Below the pieces are notes generated by a model, which was given only the letters and a program-made list of their open reading frames with translations, was not told the DNA's origin and made no database searches. Shown in pieces: positions 25,799-28,777 of a stretch of 28,777 nucleotides of DNA (positions are counted from its first letter, which is position 1; each line of letters starts with the position of its first letter). A program made the translations under genes and the position numbers. Location of the stretch: positions 1 to 28,777 of IMG/VR virus record IMGVR_UViG_3300046714_000423; one strand, given 5' to 3'. The DNA comes from a virus (lineage: Duplodnaviria > Caudoviricetes).

Positions 25799-26005
25799 TT
25801 AAGAGGCCCGGTTCATCAGCTTGACGAGCAAGCTGTCGAGGGTCTCCGTGTTTTTCGCGGCTACGCCAAGGTGGAGCAGGACCGCGACGAGAATCTGGAC
25901 CGCGTCATCCGCGGTGGACAGCGTGAGACCGAACTTGGCGTTAGCCGCTTTCGCGAGCGTCGGCCATTCCTGGTCGTGCAGTCCGTATTCGACGAATTCA
26001 GCCAT
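25799..26005 (-). CDS. Small capsid-operon protein (68 aa)
   Basis: Between the capsid gene and the terminator. Carries degenerate copies of the [DE]T-x3-LLxK motif. Confidence 0.7.
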   Translation of the reverse strand: MAEFVEYGLHDQEWPTLAKAANAKFGLTLSTADDAVQILVAVLLHLGVAAKNTETLDSLLVKLMNRAS

Positions 26006-26018
26006 AACGAGATGGAAT

Positions 26019-26047
26019 TCGGGGAGAGGTTTTTGGCCCCTCCCCGA
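26019..26047 (-). promoter_or_regulatory. Strong hairpin just after the capsid stop (mRNA stabiliser or attenuator)
   Basis: UCGGGGAGGGG-ccaaaaa-CCUCUCCCCGA 11-bp stem with one G-U pair. No clear U tract. Confidence 0.55.
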
Positions 26048-26053
26048 GATTGG

Positions 26054-27334
26054 TTAGGCCGAGCAGGTGACACCCACCGTGGTGAACGCGTCAGAACCAG
26101 AGAAGCTGGAGCTGGACGGAACAGCGCAGTCGGGCAGACCGAGGTCCGCGGTGCAGCGCCGATACAAAATCGGGACCACGAACTGAGGCCGGATGGGCTT
26201 GTAGGCCCGGATGATTTGATACTTGTGCCACCCGAAATCGCCATAGACGTTGCAGTCGTTGTCGATTTGGTAGTGCCACTCGAGTTCGCCCATGTAAAGC
26301 TGGGGGGCGAACTTGAACGTGCCTTCGCCGACGTAGCGTTCGGGCACCAAGCGTTCGAAGGACATGTCGGCAAGGAGGAAAAGCACCTCGTAGTCGGCAG
26401 TGAGCCAGGACGGGTTCGGCTTCGCATACGCCGTGTTCTTCGTGGCGTTCGTCACGATGGTGACGGGGTCCACGAGGTTCAGCGTGCCGTTGGCCTTGAA
26501 GCCAGTGGCGCGCAGCGGGCGCTGGTCGATACCGAAGGCGAGGCCACGGTAGGCAGGAGCCGTCTCCCAGGAGTAACCAGCGAGCGAGAGTTCGCCCTGC
26601 TTGTATCCGCCGGTGACGTAGCTTTGCAGCACGTCTTTGACGCCGGACTCGGCGCGGAACAGTTCAATCTGGTCAGCGGAGGCGATGACGCGGAAGTGCG
26701 GGCTGCCCTTGTCGCCAGCGTCGAACATCTCGGCGAACAGGTTCTCCTTGATGTAGCGGGCGATGAAGTGGAGCGCCTTGAAGGACATGGGTCCCGTGGG
26801 CAACAGCGGCGCGAACTTCACGCCGATGTCGGTTTCGACACCACCGGTGAAGAGCGAGTTGAAGTCGTAGCCAGCAACAGCCGTGAACTTCGACGCGGAG
26901 CGCAGGTAGAGCTGGGCCCGGATGTCGGAGTTGATGTATTGCGTGACGAGCTTCTTGAGCGAGTCTTCGGAGGCCAGATAGCTGGTCTTGAAGGCCGCAT
27001 AGCCTTTCTTGACGCAGACGCGGGGACCGAAGCCACGCTTCGATTCCAGTCGGCTGATGAAGTTGATGGCGTCCGTCAGGTCCTGATGGCCGCGGGTTCC
27101 GCAGAGGTCGGTGTCGCAGACGAACTCGGGCAGAGCCAGAGAGTCGCCGGGCGCGGCCTGTAGCTGCACACTCGTTCGGATTTCATCGGAAACGCCTGAT
27201 GGAAAGACACCTCCACCGATTACGTTCATGAATGGAGCGTTGGCAGCCAACGTCTTAGCGATGGCCCCCACCAGCCTTTGTGTATCTTTTTGCGCGATGT
27301 CACTGACCTGCGCCGGAGTAATGCAGTCACCCAT
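26054..27334 (-). CDS. Major capsid protein (426 aa)
   Basis: Size, strongly biased codons, own leader/promoter and downstream terminator, and position at the head of the structural module. No close named homologue recognised. Confidence 0.75.
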   Translation of the reverse strand: MGDCITPAQVSDIAQKDTQRLVGAIAKTLAANAPFMNVIGGGVFPSGVSDEIRTSVQLQAAPGDSLALPEFVCDTDLCGTRGHQDLTDAINFISRLESKRGFGPRVCVKKGYAAFKTSYLASEDSLKKLVTQYINSDIRAQLYLRSASKFTAVAGYDFNSLFTGGVETDIGVKFAPLLPTGPMSFKALHFIARYIKENLFAEMFDAGDKGSPHFRVIASADQIELFRAESGVKDVLQSYVTGGYKQGELSLAGYSWETAPAYRGLAFGIDQRPLRATGFKANGTLNLVDPVTIVTNATKNTAYAKPNPSWLTADYEVLFLLADMSFERLVPERYVGEGTFKFAPQLYMGELEWHYQIDNDCNVYGDFGWHKYQIIRAYKPIRPQFVVPILYRRCTADLGLPDCAVPSSSSFSGSDAFTTVGVTCSA

Positions 27335-27530
27335 ATTCTTATCTTAGAAGGACTTGCGTCCCTCAAACTTTCTATCTGAAATGTCCCTTTCGGGACGGTT
27401 TAACTCAACAATTTTTCACGATTGAAGTCGTGATGCTTTTCCGATTCTTTCGGGGGAATCGAAGCCGCCTTGTCGAGCCAACCAAGGAATTAGGCTCTGT
27501 CGCGGTGACCAGTCGCGGGTGTGGTCAGGG
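27335..27530 (-). ncRNA. Candidate structured RNA leader upstream of the major capsid gene
   Basis: Six stems in under 200 nt, two closed by GNRA tetraloops on the minus strand, and two possible H-type pseudoknots. Confidence 0.6.
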
Positions 27531-27534
27531 GAAG

Positions 27535-27561
27535 AGATGTGGGGAGAAGCGGGTTTGTCAA
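27535..27561 (-). promoter_or_regulatory. Candidate promoter for the capsid transcript
   Basis: Perfect TTGACA (27561-27556) overlapping the upstream TGA stop. Non-canonical -10 region (ACATCT after 15 nt). Confidence 0.45.
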
Positions 27562-28301
27562 CCCGGATTCTGGAGAGCGGCCAGGACGTGCCTCTGAATC
27601 GAGTCGTCTTTCACCCCGTGGACGAAGAAAACCCCGTCCCTACGCAGGCGTTGAAACACGTTGATGGGCATCGCGGGCGAACGCCAAAAGGACCGCATCC
27701 CCGGGCAGTCGGCCCAGCCGCGGTGCTTGAACTGCGGCGCGAGGAACCAATCCCACCCGGCGGTCGGGCGGCAGCCGCCCAGCTTGCGGGCAATCCAGTG
27801 CAGGTATTCCTGCTCGGCGGACACGAGGCAGTTGCCGTTGATGTGGACGCCACCGGTCTCGGGCGGACCCGGCGGGATGACCGCGCCGACCATGTTCGCG
27901 CCTTTCGCGTTGGCCTTGTCCCACGCGGCGTGCATCTGCGTGAGCCAGTCGGGCGTCATCGGGTTGCCGTCGGCTTCGAAGAACATGACTGCCTTGTATT
28001 GCGGCATCAGCTTCGCTTCGATTTGCGTGTAGATGTGGTCTGCGCTACCGAAAAACAGCTCGTTGCAACCGAACGGCCAACCCTCGGCGCGACGGTGGCG
28101 GTTGATGAACGTGAAAGTGTTGAACTTCTGCGAGACGTATTTGACGGTCGCGGCGTCGTGCGTGCAATCGAACCGCGCGCAGAAAAGGAAGTCGGCTTGC
28201 TCGCTGTGCTTTTCCTCGAGGTCCGCGACGAACCGCGCCATCCGCATCGCGTCGGCTTTATCGTTTTCCCAGAACTGGAGTGCGAGTAGGATTTTGTTCA
28301 T
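27558..28301 (-). CDS. Putative GT-A-fold glycosyltransferase-like protein (247 aa)
   Basis: Start MNKILLALQF at an ATGA overlap. Hydrophobic strand plus EAD (DxD-like; MFFEADGNP), HINGN, GWD and terminal VHGVK. Confidence 0.55.
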   Translation of the reverse strand: MNKILLALQFWENDKADAMRMARFVADLEEKHSEQADFLFCARFDCTHDAATVKYVSQKFNTFTFINRHRRAEGWPFGCNELFFGSADHIYTQIEAKLMPQYKAVMFFEADGNPMTPDWLTQMHAAWDKANAKGANMVGAVIPPGPPETGGVHINGNCLVSAEQEYLHWIARKLGGCRPTAGWDWFLAPQFKHRGWADCPGMRSFWRSPAMPINVFQRLRRDGVFFVHGVKDDSIQRHVLAALQNPG

Positions 28302-28642
28302 TCGCGGTGAAGGTATTCTATCGCCGCGTTTAGGTATCCCGCACGGTCTTGGAAGAGGCCCAGGCCGCGATTGCATTTCTCACACAGAACGCCGCGGATT
28401 TTCCCTGTGTTGTGGCAGTGGTCCACCTGTTCCGCCGGGCCGACTTTACAGATGGCGCACTTCCCTCCCTGGGATTCGACCAGGGAATCCACCGCCTCTG
28501 GGGTGAGAGAGTATCTGTCTTTGAGGTGCTTCCTTCGACTCCACCCGGGGGGCTTTTGGGCTCGCCACCTTTTCTCCCTGGCGCGAATTTTCTCTGCGTT
28601 CTTCTTTCGGTATTCTCGATGATATTCAGGTGAGCTTCCCAT
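28298..28642 (-). CDS. Recombination endonuclease VII-family (homing) nuclease (114 aa)
   Basis: QGGKCAIC...VDHCHNTGKIRGVLCEKCNRGLGLFQD signature. Low GC. Confidence 0.9.
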   Translation of the reverse strand: MGSSPEYHREYRKKNAEKIRAREKRWRAQKPPGWSRRKHLKDRYSLTPEAVDSLVESQGGKCAICKVGPAEQVDHCHNTGKIRGVLCEKCNRGLGLFQDRAGYLNAAIEYLHRE

Positions 28643-28777
28643 AAACACAGTCACCAATATGCCCGCAAAACAACCCTAGGTCAACGAATGGAACGTGTCC
28701 ACAATCCGCCGCGCGCTGGCAGAAGCTGACGTCTTCCCCGGCCCCAACCGCAATGCGGGACGATTGCCGAACCGCCG
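28626..28777 (-). CDS. 3' end of a GT2-family glycosyltransferase (partial)
   Basis: Reads AVRQSSRIAVGAGEDVSFCQRAADCGHVPFVDLGLFCGHIGDCVYGKLT*, with the GED-x2-FC...G...VD...GH GT2 C-terminal motif. Not in the ORF track. Confidence 0.75.
   Translation of the reverse strand, partial: AVRQSSRIAVGAGEDVSFCQRAADCGHVPFVDLGLFCGHIGDCVYGKLT

Noticed and set aside
25861-26427. Overlapping 188-aa ORF as a T7-style frameshifted capsid extension
   Set aside because: No slippery heptamer seen near the capsid 3' end, the translation looks like an off-frame shadow, and it conflicts with the 68-aa gene.
27440-27500. tRNA-like TTCGATTCCC in the capsid leader
   Set aside because: No pairing T-stem, acceptor stem or anticodon arm can be built. 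It fits better as part of a simple hairpin.

Overview
A ~28.8 kb, GC-rich segment of a tailed dsDNA bacteriophage (or prophage) with podovirus-like morphogenesis genes, almost all on the minus strand and tightly coupled (ATGA/TAATG/TGATG overlaps). Reading right to left: the 3' end of a GT2 glycosyltransferase, an endonuclease VII-type nuclease, a second glycosyltransferase-like gene, a ~220-nt structured leader, the major capsid protein, small proteins sharing a GDTDNNLLFK motif with a fibre, holin-like and lipoprotein (spanin-like) genes, collagen-like fibres, tail adaptor and nozzle (tubular A/B-like) genes, FN3 and tail-collar-like proteins, a 2OG-Fe(II) oxygenase, a GNAT, three ejection-protein candidates, further collagen/Gly-rich fibres, and the 3' end of a convergent plus-strand GT4-like gene. 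Two more free-standing HNH nucleases are inserted in the module. The strongest candidate for an undescribed system is the 2412-aa ejection/polyvalent protein: a zincin HExxH domain followed by seven cassettes (including GNAT, ADP-ribosyltransferase and HhH-glycosylase-like domains), each opening at an F-S-[VPA] motif, as expected of a processed effector polyprotein. Portal, terminase, scaffold and endolysin are not recognisable in the window. No tRNA, rRNA or CRISPR array was found. All functional calls come from motif recognition by eye, not database searches.
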